The notes: generated from the sequence alone by a model not told the origin. 64,000 nt of DNA from an uncultured bacterium (GCA_963726455.1 CAVSCK010000004.1:576001-640000); one strand, 5' to 3'; counted from the stretch's first letter, positions 10,057 to 21,829 are shown. Numbers and translations: made by a program.

Positions 10057-10497
10057 ATGTATCTCACAGTCAGCAAGCCCCGGATGCCGTTTGGAAGTAT
10101 GGCATGCAACATCGATCGTTGGTTCGAGGACATGGTCAGTGGGCGGCCGATGGGCGAAAACGAAATGGGCTGGGTTCCGAGAGCGGATATTCACGAAACC
10201 GAGGATAGTTTCGTCGTTCAGTTTGACCTGCCCGGCGTCGAGAAACAGGACGTCAAGGTGAAATTCGAAGACGACACTTTGATCGTGTCGGGCGAACGCA
10301 AGCACGAGTCGAAGGAAGACGACAAGAGCTTCCACCGGGTCGAACGGATCTACGGCAGTTTTACCAGATCGGTTGAGATGCCGAAAGCTGTTCAGGCCGA
10401 GAAGATCGACGCGACTTTCAAGAACGGTGTTCTCGAAGTCACGTTGCCGAAGGCCGAAGAGGTGAAGTCCAAGGAGATCGAGATAAAGGTCGGCTAA
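10057..10497 (+). CDS. Hsp20/alpha-crystallin small heat shock protein
   Basis: PRADIHET..DLPGV, FHRVERIYGSFTR, NGVLEVTLPK; SD GAAGGAG before ATG 10057. Confidence 0.92.
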   Translation: MYLTVSKPRMPFGSMACNIDRWFEDMVSGRPMGENEMGWVPRADIHETEDSFVVQFDLPGVEKQDVKVKFEDDTLIVSGERKHESKEDDKSFHRVERIYGSFTRSVEMPKAVQAEKIDATFKNGVLEVTLPKAEEVKSKEIEIKVG

Positions 10498-10540
10498 GCC
10501 GGAAGCGAAGTCGACACTGGAAACGATCGACAGGTTAGCG

Positions 10541-10587
10541 CCGAAGAAGCAGAGCCCGTTTGCAGTCGCGAGCGGGCTTTGTTTCGG
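10541..10587 (+). terminator. Long hairpin between hsp20 and dnaK (terminator or mRNA stabiliser)
   Basis: GCAGAGCCCGTT...AGCGGGCTTTGT stem with a T-rich 3' side. Confidence 0.45.
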
Positions 10588-10650
10588 AAGTTGAAGAGTG
10601 GCGCCGGTCGTACCGGCGTAACAGAATGAGAACGAAGGAGAGAGAATAAT

Positions 10651-12576
10651 ATGACGGACAAGATCATTGGCATCGACCTCGGCACGACCAATTCCTGTGT
10701 CTCGGTGATGGAAGGGTCAGAGCCGGTGGTCATTCCCAATTCGGAAGGGGCACGCACGACCCCATCGGTGGTCGGATTTACGAAGACTGGCGAGCGGCTG
10801 GTAGGACAGATTGCCAAGAGACAGGCGATCACCAACCCGCTTAACACCGTGTTCTCGATCAAGCGCTTTATGGGAAGGCACTACGACGAAGTGACGCAAG
10901 AGATCAAGAATTTCCCATACAAGGTGAAGCGCGGCAGTAGCGGCCTGGCCGTGATTGAAATCGACGGCAAGGATTATTCGCCGCAGGAAATCTCCGCCAT
11001 GATTCTGGGCAAGATGAAGCAGGCGGCTGAGGATTTCCTGGGACAGAAAGTCACGAAGGCGGTAATCACCGTGCCGGCGTACTTTAATGACGCGCAAAGG
11101 CAGGCGACCAAGGACGCGGGCAGAATCGCCGGGCTGGAAGTCATGCGCATCATCAACGAGCCGACGGCGGCATCGCTGGCGTATGGACTCGACAAAAAGG
11201 CCAACAAGAAGATCGCCGTGTTCGACCTTGGCGGTGGAACGTTTGACATTTCGATTCTGGAAATCGGCGACGGCGTGTTTGAAGTGTTGTCAACCAACGG
11301 TGACACGCACCTTGGCGGTGATGATTTCGACAAGCGCGTGATCGACTGGCTCGCGGATGAATTCAAGAAGTCAGACGGCATCGATCTGTCGAAGGATCCG
11401 ATGGCGTTGCAGCGATTGAAAGAAGCTGCCGAAAAGGCAAAGATCGAATTGTCGTCCACGAAGGAGACAACGATCAATCTGCCGTTTATCTCGGCGGATG
11501 GGTCGGGACCGAGGCATTTGAACCTGACGTTAACCCGGTCACGGTTCGAGGGCATGGTCGACGATTTGATTCGGCGCGCCATGGAGCCGTGCCGCAAAGC
11601 ACTGGAAGATGCCAAGGTAGCGACCGGCGATATCGGAGAAGTAGTGCTGGTCGGCGGAATGACCCGGATGCCCAAGGTGGTCGAGGAAGTGGAGAAATTC
11701 TTCGGACGTGAGGCGCACAAGGGCGTCAACCCAGATGAAGTTGTCGCGGTCGGCGCTGCCATTCAGGGTGGCGTATTGGCAGGCGATGTCAAAGACGTGT
11801 TGTTGCTGGACGTGACGCCGCTGTCGCTCGGTATCGAGACGCTCGGCGGTGTGTTCACCAAGTTGATCGAGCGCAACACGACGATTCCGACCAAAAAGGC
11901 GCAGGTGTTCTCGACGGCTGCTGATAATCAGACGTCGGTTGAAGTGCACGTGCAGCAAGGCGAGCGGCCCATGGCACTCGATAACCGCACGATTGGCAGA
12001 TTCCATCTGGACGGTATTCCGTCCGCGCCTAGAGGTCTGCCACAGATTGAAGTGACATTTGATATCGACGCCAACGGTATTCTCAATGTCTCGGCGCGCG
12101 ATCTCGGCACCGGCAAGGAGCAGAAGATTCGCATCGAGTCATCCTCCGGTCTCTCCAAGCAGGAGATCGACAAGATGGTGCGCGATGCCGAAGCCAACGC
12201 GGCTGCCGACAGTAAGCGCAAGGAAGATGTCGAGGTCAAGAACCGGGCCGATCAGATGGCGTTCGAAGCGGAGAAGACTCTGCGCGACAACGCCGACAAG
12301 ATCGATGAGGCGACCAAGGCCGATATTCAGAAGTCGATCGATCGCATCAAGGAGTTGACGCGTGGCAGCGACTACGCAGCCATGAAGTCTGAGACCGAGC
12401 GCCTGCAGAATCTGTTGCACAAGGCGGCAGAGGAAATCTACCGTAAGTCATCGACTCAGGCGGGCGCGCAACAGCAGCAGACAGGCCCACAGAGCGAGAC
12501 GCAGGAGCCGTCCAGCCAATCGCAAGCCAATGCGAACGGGCAGGCAGTTGATGCTGATTATGAAGTGGTGAAGTAA
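10651..12576 (+). CDS. dnaK: Chaperone DnaK
   Basis: [26 protein letters not shown]-terminal DADYEVV. Confidence 0.98.
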   Translation: MTDKIIGIDLGTTNSCVSVMEGSEPVVIPNSEGARTTPSVVGFTKTGERLVGQIAKRQAITNPLNTVFSIKRFMGRHYDEVTQEIKNFPYKVKRGSSGLAVIEIDGKDYSPQEISAMILGKMKQAAEDFLGQKVTKAVITVPAYFNDAQRQATKDAGRIAGLEVMRIINEPTAASLAYGLDKKANKKIAVFDLGGGTFDISILEIGDGVFEVLSTNGDTHLGGDDFDKRVIDWLADEFKKSDGIDLSKDPMALQRLKEAAEKAKIELSSTKETTINLPFISADGSGPRHLNLTLTRSRFEGMVDDLIRRAMEPCRKALEDAKVATGDIGEVVLVGGMTRMPKVVEEVEKFFGREAHKGVNPDEVVAVGAAIQGGVLAGDVKDVLLLDVTPLSLGIETLGGVFTKLIERNTTIPTKKAQVFSTAADNQTSVEVHVQQGERPMALDNRTIGRFHLDGIPSAPRGLPQIEVTFDIDANGILNVSARDLGTGKEQKIRIESSSGLSKQEIDKMVRDAEANAAADSKRKEDVEVKNRADQMAFEAEKTLRDNADKIDEATKADIQKSIDRIKELTRGSDYAAMKSETERLQNLLHKAAEEIYRKSSTQAGAQQQQTGPQSETQEPSSQSQANANGQAVDADYEVVK

Positions 12577-12618
12577 ACAATCGCATTTGGGCGATGTCGT
12601 GCGATCATGGAGCACAAA

Positions 12619-12663
12619 GAAACCCCGCCAGTAGATAGTGAACTCTGTCCATTGCGGGGTTTC
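12619..12663 (+). terminator. Hairpin downstream of dnaK
   Basis: GAAACCCCGC...GCGGGGTTTC inverted repeat with further inner pairing. Confidence 0.6.
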
Positions 12664-12728
12664 CGCTTTGAGTGTAAGAAGCGGATTCAATCCTTGACAT
12701 CCATAGCTGGTACAGCGTATCGTCGGAC

Positions 12729-13283
12729 ATGCTTACCGAACAATTGGAGTTCTTGAGGTCGCTTGCCGGCCGGTTAAATAGCGCCAGGATTCCATACATG
12801 CTGACGGGTTCATGGGCGATGACGCTCTATGGCCGCGGCCGAATGACCCGCGATATCGATCTCGTCGTTGAAGTTGACCAAGACGATGCTGACAAGATAG
12901 TTGAATTGTTTTCCAGCGATTGCTACGTGGATAGAGATGCCGTCCGAGATGCTGTCAAACGACGGTGGATGTTTAACATAATTCAGCAGCAATATTCGAT
13001 TAAGGCGGATTTTGTGATTAGAAAGGACGTCGAATTCCGTCGAGAGGAGTTCAAGCGGCGTCAATCAGTAGATATTGAGGGCACCCAAGTCTGGATCGCA
13101 ACTCCTGAAGATCTTATCTTGTCGAAGCTGTACTGGAGCAAGGACTCGCACTCGGAAACACAGTTTAAGGACGTCTGTGGCCTGATTTCAGGAATACAAG
13201 AGCTCGATTGGACGTATCTTAGAAAGTGGGCCAAGGAATTAGGTGTCGGCCAAACTCTTGAGGAAGCTAAAGCGAATGCATGA
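12729..13283 (+). CDS. Nucleotidyltransferase-fold protein (DUF6036/DUF2204-like)
   Basis: LTGSWA...RMTRDIDLV and PEDLILSKL motifs. Confidence 0.75.
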   Translation: MLTEQLEFLRSLAGRLNSARIPYMLTGSWAMTLYGRGRMTRDIDLVVEVDQDDADKIVELFSSDCYVDRDAVRDAVKRRWMFNIIQQQYSIKADFVIRKDVEFRREEFKRRQSVDIEGTQVWIATPEDLILSKLYWSKDSHSETQFKDVCGLISGIQELDWTYLRKWAKELGVGQTLEEAKANA

Positions 13284-13539
13284 CACAACGCCGGAAGTCG
13301 AGCGAATCTACAGCGAAATGCTGCGGTCGCGCACACCGCTGGAACGATTCCAAATGGTGAGCGAAATGTTCGATACGGCCCGGACACTCATGGCGGCAGG
13401 AATCCTGCGAGAGAATCCCAATCTATCTGAGCTTGAAGTGAAGCGGGAAGTATTCCGACGAATGTACCGCGAAGACTTCACGCCGGAGCAGATGGAGAAG
13501 ATCCTACAGCATATACTTCAGCCCGAGCCGGGGAAGTAG
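13276..13539 (+). CDS. Small helical partner protein of the nucleotidyltransferase (possible toxin-antitoxin pair)
   Basis: DTTPEVER...TPLERF...GILRENP; overlaps the 3' end of the upstream gene. Confidence 0.65.
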   Translation: MHDTTPEVERIYSEMLRSRTPLERFQMVSEMFDTARTLMAAGILRENPNLSELEVKREVFRRMYREDFTPEQMEKILQHILQPEPGK

Positions 13540-13662
13540 TTCACCAGTAGAAACAGTGCCGCACGCCGATTGTATTTCACGACAGCGATAGAATGATTCC
13601 GTCAGGAAAGGGTTCCCGACGGCGCAAGTGGCAACCGTACCGCACGGCTCCGACTGATTGTG

Positions 13663-14439
13663 CTACTTGTTCAGTTCGCGCTTAAGCGGACCCTCTCGAT
13701 AGGCAGGAACCCAGTAGTTGCCCCCGTCCTTGGCGAATCGCACCAAAGAAGAATCATCGATCGCATAGAAAATGATCTTTGCCGTACAAACCGCCAGAGC
13801 TGCCGCCTGCGCGGCGCCGAGTGCTTTTAGCGCCCACAACTCAAGTGAATTGCCCCCATAGTTTGCGAGCCGTTTCGCCTGATTAAGAGTCAAACTATCA
13901 ACGGAGTTAAGTTCCAGTGTTGTGGTATAGGAGTTGCCTAGAGCTTTGGCAACTTCGTCAGTTAGCGAAGTCAAGCCGTTAAGAGACAATATTCCAATTG
14001 ATGCCCAGGCCTTTCCGCCGGGATCTTTCTGAGTGAGATTCTTGATTTCTCCAGGTTTGAACAAGCTTAGTGCCTTTGCCTGAGCGGCAGAGAGACTGTC
14101 AAGACCATTCAGAAACAAGAAGTGACCGTTGAACCGTCCGAACATTTGCGCCTGCTTATCGGTGAGCTGCTTCAAACCATTCAACCACTATCCTCTTAAT
14201 TCGGCGCCGCTACTGCGAGTATAGAAGCCATTCGACTTGGCCAGCGTCTGCGCCTGCTCGTCCGTAAGAGTCTGAATCCTTGCCCACTGCAGAGTGTCGC
14301 CACTCGTGATTACCGCCGCAAATTCCTCGGCGGTTAGAGGCTGAATCGTGTTCTGGCCGAAAACATCTGAAGACAATGCTACTATGAAAACAAAGATAAG
14401 TATTCGAGCGGTTCGGAGAGGTATATTGCTTGTTGTCAT
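13663..14439 (-). pseudogene. Secreted leucine-rich-repeat-like protein interrupted by an in-frame TAG at 14188-14190
   Basis: GGAGG SD, signal peptide, repeats L.LNGL.SL...A.AL on both sides of the stop; both ORF pieces are in the same frame. Confidence 0.6.
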
Positions 14440-14578
14440 TTTGCGCCTCCTGACTTCTCGATCTGTGACTGATACAAAGTAGACGCGCAGGAAAGAGAAA
14501 GTCAACAAAAGATTAGACTAACCATAAGGCTTATTTCGGGACTGCCTGTCGACAGCATTTGGCAAAAGCGTCGCGCAG

Positions 14579-17500
14579 CTATTTTCCCGCGCAGGGCGCA
14601 GCGCCACCCGAGAAGATGTAGACGATCAGATAGACAACGTCCGAGATGTCAATTGCCTGATCGCAGTTGGCATCGCCTGCCAATAGCGGCACGGGCGCCG
14701 GGCCGCCGGAAAAGATGTAACCGATGAGATAGACAGCATCTGAGATGTCGATTGAGCCGTCGTGGTTGGCGTCACCGAAGACATACTGCTGGGTGACTTT
14801 GATCTGATCATAATAAGTGGGCGACCAGCCGAACAGACTGTCGCCGGCCTTGATCTGCAAGAAACGCGGTTGCGGAAACCGGCGGGAAAGTGATGTTGTC
14901 CAATGTCACCTTCAGCCGCGTCGTCATTATCGAATCGGGAATCTGATAATTCGGAATTGAGAAACCATACCAGTAGATGCTGGTGTCGGTGGCGGTAGCA
15001 TTCAGATTATTGCGAACCTGAGTGTCGGCGCTGAATTGCCTGATTACGGCTCCAGTGCAATTCTGGCCGCCGTGCGCGTAGGACGGCAGCGAATCGACGA
15101 TCATCGTTCCTGCGGTAACCAACGACTTGGGGATGCCGATTCCCAGCCAGTATTTGTCCGTCTGTGGCGGCCAGGAAGTTCCGCGCCACCACCAGGGCAC
15201 TTCAACCGTGGAATAGGTCTTGCTGGAAGCCTTGCTGGGAGCAGACAGCCGGATAGTTGTATGGCGGCCAGGGTTGACCGGGATGATTATACTGGAAATC
15301 ATAACCGAAATGCCAGCCGCGCGAAGTATCGGCAACACAGCCCCAACAGACTTGAGGATCAAGGTTGTCCGGCGAGGAATAGGTTCTATCATTGAGCACG
15401 TCGGCGCACAGGTAGAACATGCCGACATAAGGGCAGGTATCAACCGGTGACGTGAGCGCGTGGCCGGCATCATCTACGGCGAATATGCTGTTGTGAATCA
15501 GCGGGTCGCCGTCGTGCTTGCTCGGACACCCCGCGCCGTGCTCGGCGTTGTAAGTCGAACCTGCGTGGAAGGTGCGAGTTTCGCTGACGCCCTCCCAGTC
15601 GACGACATAAATGACTTCACCAACAGAGTATGTGGATTTGTTCGTGCGAATCTGAATGTGGCCGCTGGTGTTGTCGAACTGGCAGGTCTCTCCCGATTCG
15701 GGATTTCGCCCGTTGCCGTTGACATCCTCGCCGCCGTCGAAGAGACCGTCGTTATCCGAATCGCAGTCGTGCTCGGCGCGGAGGCCGTCGCTGTCAATAT
15801 CGGCGAAGTTGAGCGCATCGTTATTGTGTCCGGGATGGAAGCCGGGCTGGTCATGAAATGTGTAATTCCTGATCTCATTGAAATCCGAAACCTGATCGCT
15901 GTCGGAATCCGCCGAGCGGGCATAGCATTGGAATTTGCGCGGATTGTCGCTCCCATACGCAGGCGGTCCCAGGCCTTCGTCAAAGTCAACTATGCTGTCG
16001 AGGTCGGTGTCCGAAGTGAGCGAGGCCGCTTCTGCTTTGCCGGTGATCGTACCCGCCGGAAGTTTGTAGTAGTGGGTAATCTCGATGCTGCCATAGTCCC
16101 ACCATCCGGTTCGAAAACCAGCACCGACCTGCTTCTTCGAAGGCCAGGGATCGACCAGGTGAATCTGTTGCTGGCCAGCGGCGGTGCGTTCACCATTAAG
16201 AACCATCGTTTGACCGGGGGTGCAAATTAGAAGTGGGTGATGATTGACCGAAATTTCGGTGACAATCTCCGTCCAGGTCGGCTTGCCGGCAAGAGAGGAG
16301 GCCGTCAAATTGAGTTCCCAGTTCAGAGTTGATCCAATCTCATCTGCGGGAGACCACCACAAAAATCGCTGATGGCCAAGATCACCCTCCGGAGCGTTCG
16401 GATGGATGTGTTCACAGGCGGTATACGAAATGTGATCCTGCTTCAGCGTGCCGCCAAAGAAGTTATTGACCATGTCCAGTGAGGCGCGCGCAGAATACCG
16501 CGAGCAATGTTCACAGTGGACGATGTGATCGAAAGTAGCAGAGTGCTCGCGATTCCAGGGGCCGTTTGTTCCCGGCGATTCGGAACAACCCGGGCGCTTG
16601 CAGACAGGGGAATAGCCGTTGTCGTTGGTGATGCAAAGTAGCCGCGTGTCTTTGTGTTGCAGTTTTTGCGCGACGCTCAAATATACACTGTCAGGTCCGG
16701 TCGTATTGGGATTGTAGTAGAACTTCCAGTCCTCATGTTCGGTGAGCAATCGGTTCGAGTCAAAGACACGCACCCGCCAGTAGTACACACCTTCCGCCAG
16801 CCCATTCAAAGTGTAATTTGTGCCGATAGTATAGAAAGCGATCGCCGGATTTCCGAAGAGGGAGTCCTGGTCAACTTCGAGATAATACTGGACAGCGCCA
16901 TAGACCGATGCCCACTCCAATCGCGATCCCTTGCCGAGACTGCCGCCGTTCGGCGGGAAAGTTTGGATCGGGTTGCCGATCCGTTGGTAGCCACAGGAGT
17001 AATAGGTACCCCAATCGTACTCGCGCCAATCGATGGGATTGTTGTGGTCGAACCCGCTGGGACAGAGTCCGAAGCTGCTAAATGAACCATGGCTTGAAGC
17101 ATTGACGAACTCGCCTGCTCTCCAGATACTTTTCGCAGTGGCGTGCGAATACGGGATTCCGCCGACAAAACTACCGGTGCTTGACCAGCCGACAAAATCG
17201 ACGATCGTTTGCGGACCTGCGGCAGCCTTGTACATCCCGATTTCGTCCTCGGCGGAAGAGAATATTCCCACACTATCGCCCTGCGTGTAATATGTACCTT
17301 TGCCGTCAACAAAGTTTCCGTCGTTGGGGCCCTTACTAAAATTGACGCGCAGATAAGTCCTGGGTGGGAGAGTATAGTTCGGAAGAGTCGCTATGACTGA
17401 ACCTGACCGCCCGACAAGCTGGAAGCCGTTTACCGTGAGACTGACAGCACCGGAGTTAAATAGTTCAACCCAACTGGGAGTCCACGTACCGGAACCAAAT

Positions 17501-18285
17501 TCGCCGGCGTAAGGGCTGATCTCGTTGATTTTCATTTTACTGGAATCGGGTGAGCAATTGGTTACGGCGCCCGGCTCGCCGGTCACCCAAAACAATGGGT
17601 AGCCGGGAATCGGCGGAGTCCAGAAGTCGGCCCAGCGAATCCATTGACCGTTATCGTATTGCCAATTATCACAGACGCGAGGCGTCGAAAAGTCAAATGC
17701 GACCGAAGGATAGGGCGGCAGACCATTCGGCTGGCTTGCATATTCCACCCCAATATAGAATGGGCCGTTTACGCACAGAGGAATAGGCAGCCAAGCCGTA
17801 CCAACGTGCGGATCGCGGAATGTCGCCGAATCACAGCGGACGGGAAAACGATACAGTTCCTGGCTGGGGCCAAGGCAGGTGTCAGTCGACGAGGCGTAGA
17901 TCACAACTTGAAGCTTCAGTGGCCACGGGCGGCTACCGGCGTCGTAGAGCGTGAACTGAAGATTGAGAATGCTGAATGGATAGGAGGCGCGTTCGCAGGC
18001 AGTCGGGTCGAAATAAGTGACCGTCCTCATGCCGGGTCCGTAGCGGTCGGAATAGAACGAAAGAGTACCGTTGTGCTTGGACAGAGTGCAGTTGGCCTTG
18101 CTGGCCGACGAGTCGAACAAGGGAGTGCTTGCGGGAGAAATCGAAATCGCTCGGTCAAATTCGGCGGCATCGACAACTACAGGAAGAAGCAGAAAGAGTG
18201 CGAGCTGAAGAAGAAGCTGTATCAGTAACAATCTGGCCTTCAAGTGTGGTCGTCCTTTCTGGCGGAACAAATATCCGTCGGGCAC
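14579..18285 (-). CDS. Large secreted multidomain protein (lamin-tail, Fn3-like, C39-like, Ca-binding repeats, C-terminal dockerin-like); two frameshifts near 15230 and 14860
   Basis: INEI..WVELFN lamin-tail motif; EGVYYWRVRV; DSDSD/DSDND repeats; GDANHDGSIDISDAVYLI..GDANCD; probable TTG start at 18243; ORFs 15202-18285, 14808-15473 and 14579-14860 join into one reading. Confidence 0.7.
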
Positions 18286-18556
18286 GTCGAACTGTCAGAA
18301 AGCGCGAGCGAGAGAACCGGTCAGTATTAACAGGTCAGTTTTCCGAACAAGTATATTCGGAGCACATTATAACGCCAAAGCGCCGAAAAGTCAAGAGGAT
18401 AACGGGGTTGCGGGAGGTCGTGGCGTGCGTTGGGATGCCTGCAAAACGATAAGCCGAACTGCGAAAGTCGTTTCGGACAAAGAAGCTGGAGCAGGCAGTC
18501 GTAAGAGTAGGAAGCCATCGCGGGCGTCGGAGAACAAAAAAAGTCCTTTGAAGTAC

Positions 18557-18587
18557 TTGACATTCGGTGAGTTGTTCCTATTTTAAT
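18557..18587 (+). promoter_or_regulatory. Sigma70-like promoter of rplM
   Basis: TTGACA at 18557 followed by TATTTTAAT. Confidence 0.5.
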
Positions 18588-18621
18588 AAGTTTCTAGAGG
18601 AATCCTTTTGAGGAGATGTGA

Positions 18622-19056
18622 GTGAAAACATTTATTCCGAAAGTCGGCAGCGTAGAGCAGAAGTGGTTTGTTGTCGACGTCAGCGGCAAAATTCTTGGTC
18701 GGCAGGCGGCTAAAGTTGCGCGCATTCTGATGGGCAAGACCAAGCCGGAATACACACCGTTTCTGGATTTTGGCGATTTCGTGATCGTGGTTAACGCGGC
18801 CAAGGTACGGTTGTCGACGCCCAAGAAAGAATCAATCAAGACTTATCATTGGAATACGTTATACCCCGGCGGCCATCGGCAGACCACGTTTGCCAAAGCG
18901 GTCAAGGCCAAGCCGGAAGAGTTATTCCGTGATGCGGTGTGGGGAATGCTCCCCAAAGGTCCGCTGGGTCGCAAGATGCTCACCAAGCTTAAGGTTTACG
19001 GCGGCACTGTGCATCCGCACAAGGCCCAGAAGCCCGAAGCGCTGGAAGTGAAATAA
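18622..19056 (+). CDS. rplM: 50S ribosomal protein L13
   Basis: WFVVD..LGR, KPEYTP..D.GD, GMLPKGPLG, HPH.AQKP. Confidence 0.97.
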   Translation: MKTFIPKVGSVEQKWFVVDVSGKILGRQAAKVARILMGKTKPEYTPFLDFGDFVIVVNAAKVRLSTPKKESIKTYHWNTLYPGGHRQTTFAKAVKAKPEELFRDAVWGMLPKGPLGRKMLTKLKVYGGTVHPHKAQKPEALEVK

Positions 19057-19123
19057 TTGATTTGTAGTGACATCAGCGAGGGTCTTTGTGCGGCTCAGCG
19101 GTGTCGATATTGGAAGGTAGTTG

Positions 19124-19517
19124 ATGGCACAAAATAAGATTCATACTTCTGGAAGACGCAAGAATGCGGTCGCCAGTCTGTGGCTGACCGCCGGCACGGG
19201 TCAAGTGGACGATCAACGGAAAAGATCTGTTGCCGTATCTTACCCGTGAATCGCTGGTAGCGATCGCGACTGAACCGGTCCGAGTGGTGAGCCTGGAAGG
19301 TAAGCTGGACGTGGTTTGCAAGACGCGCGGCGGTGGCCTGTCGGGCCAGGCCGGTGCGATTCGTCTGGCAATTGCCCGGGCGCTCACAGCGTTTAATCCG
19401 GAATTGCGCAAACCGCTCAAAAGCGCCGGCATGCTGACGCGCGATCCCCGCATGGTGGAACGCAAGAAGTACGGCATGGTCAAAGCCCGCAAGCGGTTCC
19501 AGTTCTCGAAGAGATAA
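19124..19517 (+). CDS. rpsI: 30S ribosomal protein S9, with one extra G at 19207-19208
   Basis: SGRRKNAVA at the N-terminus; removing one G joins it to GGGLSGQAGAIR...RDPRMVERKKYG..KARKRFQFSKR. Confidence 0.93.
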
Positions 19518-19525
19518 TTTTATCG

Positions 19526-19558
19526 GATGGTCGGCGGAGTGCAACTCCGCCGACCGTC
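19526..19558 (+). terminator. Strong hairpin after rpsI
   Basis: GATGGTCGGCGGAGT-gca-ACTCCGCCGACCGTC, 15-bp stem. Confidence 0.65.
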
Positions 19559-19614
19559 AGACTTTCTGCCTGAGTCGGATTGCCTCGCAGTCTGACTTTT
19601 CGCACGAAGTAACT

Positions 19615-19700
19615 AATGACGCACATTCGGGGATCCAGGCGGGTGGTCGAGTTACGGCTCGCCCCGCGCGAGGAGATGAACCGGATGGAGGAACAACCAA
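19615..19700 (+). ncRNA. rpsB 5' leader (S2 autoregulatory, t44-like RNA)
   Basis: GCACA..CGGGG at the 5' end and TGGAGG..CAACC at the 3' end, directly upstream of rpsB. Confidence 0.55.
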
Positions 19701-19717
19701 CCAATCAGGAGTCAGTA

Positions 19718-20491
19718 ATGACCGAAATCCAAATTCGCGACCTTTTGGAAGCGGGCGTACATTTTGGGCACCAGACACGGCGCTGGAACCCGAAAATGAA
19801 GCGCTTTATTTTTGCCGAGAAGAACGGCGTCTACATCATCGATCTCAACAAAACCTTAAACTCGCTCAAGACCGCTTGCCAGAAAGTGCGCGAAGTCATC
19901 TCCAAGAATCAGCCAATTCTGTTTGTCGGCACCAAGAAGCAGGCGCAGGATGTGGTCAAGGCCGAGGCCATTCGTTGCCAGCAATACTTTGTGACCGAAC
20001 GCTGGCTGGGCGGCATGATGACCAATTTCCCGACGATCCGCAAGAGCATCAAGCGACTCAAAGATATCGAGAGGATGCAGGAAGACGGCACCTTCGAAAA
20101 ACTGACGAAGAAAGAAATCGCCGGCCTGTCAAAAGAAAAAGAGAAACTCGACAAGGTCCTGGGCGGAATCCGCGAAATGAATCGGTTGCCCGGACTGCTC
20201 TTTGTCGTCGACTGCAAGAAAGAGCGCATCGCGGTCGCCGAAGCGAAGAAGCTCGGAATTCCGATCATTGGTATCGTCGATACCAACTCCGATCCTGATC
20301 CGATCGATTTTCCGATAGCCGGCAATGACGACGCCATCAAGTCGATTCGCGTCATCACGCGTCAGGTGGTTGATTCGGCCATCGACGCCCGGTCGCTCGT
20401 GCTTGACAAAGAAGGCGCGCTGGCGAAGGCGGAGGCATTGGCTGAAGTGGCAGCGCCGGCCGGTGACACCAGAGAACAGAAAGGTAATTGA
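19718..20491 (+). CDS. rpsB: 30S ribosomal protein S2
   Basis: [44 protein letters not shown] before 19718. Confidence 0.97.
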   Translation: MTEIQIRDLLEAGVHFGHQTRRWNPKMKRFIFAEKNGVYIIDLNKTLNSLKTACQKVREVISKNQPILFVGTKKQAQDVVKAEAIRCQQYFVTERWLGGMMTNFPTIRKSIKRLKDIERMQEDGTFEKLTKKEIAGLSKEKEKLDKVLGGIREMNRLPGLLFVVDCKKERIAVAEAKKLGIPIIGIVDTNSDPDPIDFPIAGNDDAIKSIRVITRQVVDSAIDARSLVLDKEGALAKAEALAEVAAPAGDTREQKGN

Positions 20492-20494
20492 CGA

Positions 20495-21088
20495 ATGGAA
20501 ATAAATGCTGAACAAGTAAGACTACTGCGTGAGCGTTCCGGCGCCGGTATGATGGATTGTAAGAAGGCGCTGACGGAAGCTAACGGCGATATGGATAAAG
20601 CGATGACGGTCCTGCGCGAGAAAGGCATTAGCAAAGCCGCCAGCAAGGCCGGACGCGAGACCAAAGAAGGCGGGATCGGCAGTTATGTACACCCCGGCGA
20701 CAAGCTGGCGGTGCTGGTTGAGGTGACGTGCGAGACCGACTTTGTGGCCCGCACGGATCAATTCAAAGAGTTGACCAGAAACCTGGCGATGCATGTCGCG
20801 GCCGCCAATCCGATAGTCGTGCGGCGCGAAGAACTCGCAGATGACCAGATCAAGGCGGAACGCGAGATCTATCGCACACAGGCGCTCAATGAGGGCAAAC
20901 CGGAGAAGATAGTTGATAAGATCGTTGACGGTAAGATAGAGAAGTACTACGCCGAAGTCTGTTTGATGGAACAGGCGTATGTCAAGGATCCGGATAAGAC
21001 CATTTCCGACTTGATGAGCGAGACAATTGGAAAGATCGGCGAGAATATGTCCGTTCGCCGTTTTATCCGATTCCGTCTCGGCGAGTAG
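20495..21088 (+). CDS. tsf: Elongation factor Ts (short form)
   Basis: LRERSGAGMMDCKKAL, CETDFVA. Confidence 0.97.
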   Translation: MEINAEQVRLLRERSGAGMMDCKKALTEANGDMDKAMTVLREKGISKAASKAGRETKEGGIGSYVHPGDKLAVLVEVTCETDFVARTDQFKELTRNLAMHVAAANPIVVRREELADDQIKAEREIYRTQALNEGKPEKIVDKIVDGKIEKYYAEVCLMEQAYVKDPDKTISDLMSETIGKIGENMSVRRFIRFRLGE

Positions 21089-21090
21089 CC

Positions 21091-21813
21091 ATGATGTCGG
21101 ACGGCCCGATATACAAACGAATATTACTGAAACTATCAGGTGAACAACTGGCAGGGGATCGAAGCTTCGGCATCGACCCCGCCCAGTTGGAATATGTTGC
21201 CACGGAAATCGAAAGCGTTTTCAAGCTCGGGGTGCAAGTCGGTATCGTCGTAGGCGGCGGCAATTTCCATCGCGGCGTTCCAGGAATCGCCATGGGAATC
21301 GGAAGAGCCACGGGCGATTACATGGGTATGCTGGCGACGGTGATTAACGCCATGGCACTGCAGGCGATCCTGGAGAGGCATAACATGTATACCCGCGTAC
21401 TCAGCGCGATTCGAATCGAGGCCGTCGCGGAGTCATATATTCGCCGCCGCGCCATTCGCCATATGGAGAAAGGGCGCGTAGTAATAATGGCGGCCGGCAC
21501 GGGCAATCCGTATTTCACGACCGATACGGCGGCGGTGTTGCGCGGTGTGGAGACCGAGGTTGATGCCGTGCTGAAGGCGACGAAAGTAGACGGTGTGTAC
21601 AATTGCGACCCGATGCTTGACAAGAATGCAGTACTATACAAGACAATCACTTACGACGACGCCTTGCAGCAACAGTTGAAGGTCATGGATGGCACGGCGT
21701 TTACGCTTTGCCGCGAGAACAAGTTGCCGCTAATCGTTTTTAAGTTGACCGTCCCCGGAAATCTCTATAGAGTCGTCATGGGTGAACGCATAGGCACTTT
21801 GGTGACAATTTAA
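21091..21813 (+). CDS. pyrH: UMP kinase
   Basis: RILLKLSGE, GTGNPYFTTD, KATKVDGVY. Confidence 0.97.
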   Translation: MMSDGPIYKRILLKLSGEQLAGDRSFGIDPAQLEYVATEIESVFKLGVQVGIVVGGGNFHRGVPGIAMGIGRATGDYMGMLATVINAMALQAILERHNMYTRVLSAIRIEAVAESYIRRRAIRHMEKGRVVIMAAGTGNPYFTTDTAAVLRGVETEVDAVLKATKVDGVYNCDPMLDKNAVLYKTITYDDALQQQLKVMDGTAFTLCRENKLPLIVFKLTVPGNLYRVVMGERIGTLVTI

Positions 21814-21829
21814 TCGGGAGTATTGTTCC

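Noticed and set aside
14188-14190. Pyrrolysine or amber reassignment
   Set aside because: TAG terminates tsf, nusA, infB and rpsO normally, and the position is a structural Leu in a repeat.
19124-19517. Programmed frameshift or true pseudogene in rpsI (likewise asnS)
   Set aside because: No slippery site seen, both halves are fully conserved, and similar indels are scattered through the window.
20495-21088. Truncated EF-Ts
   Set aside because: Short EF-Ts of about 200 aa is an established natural form.
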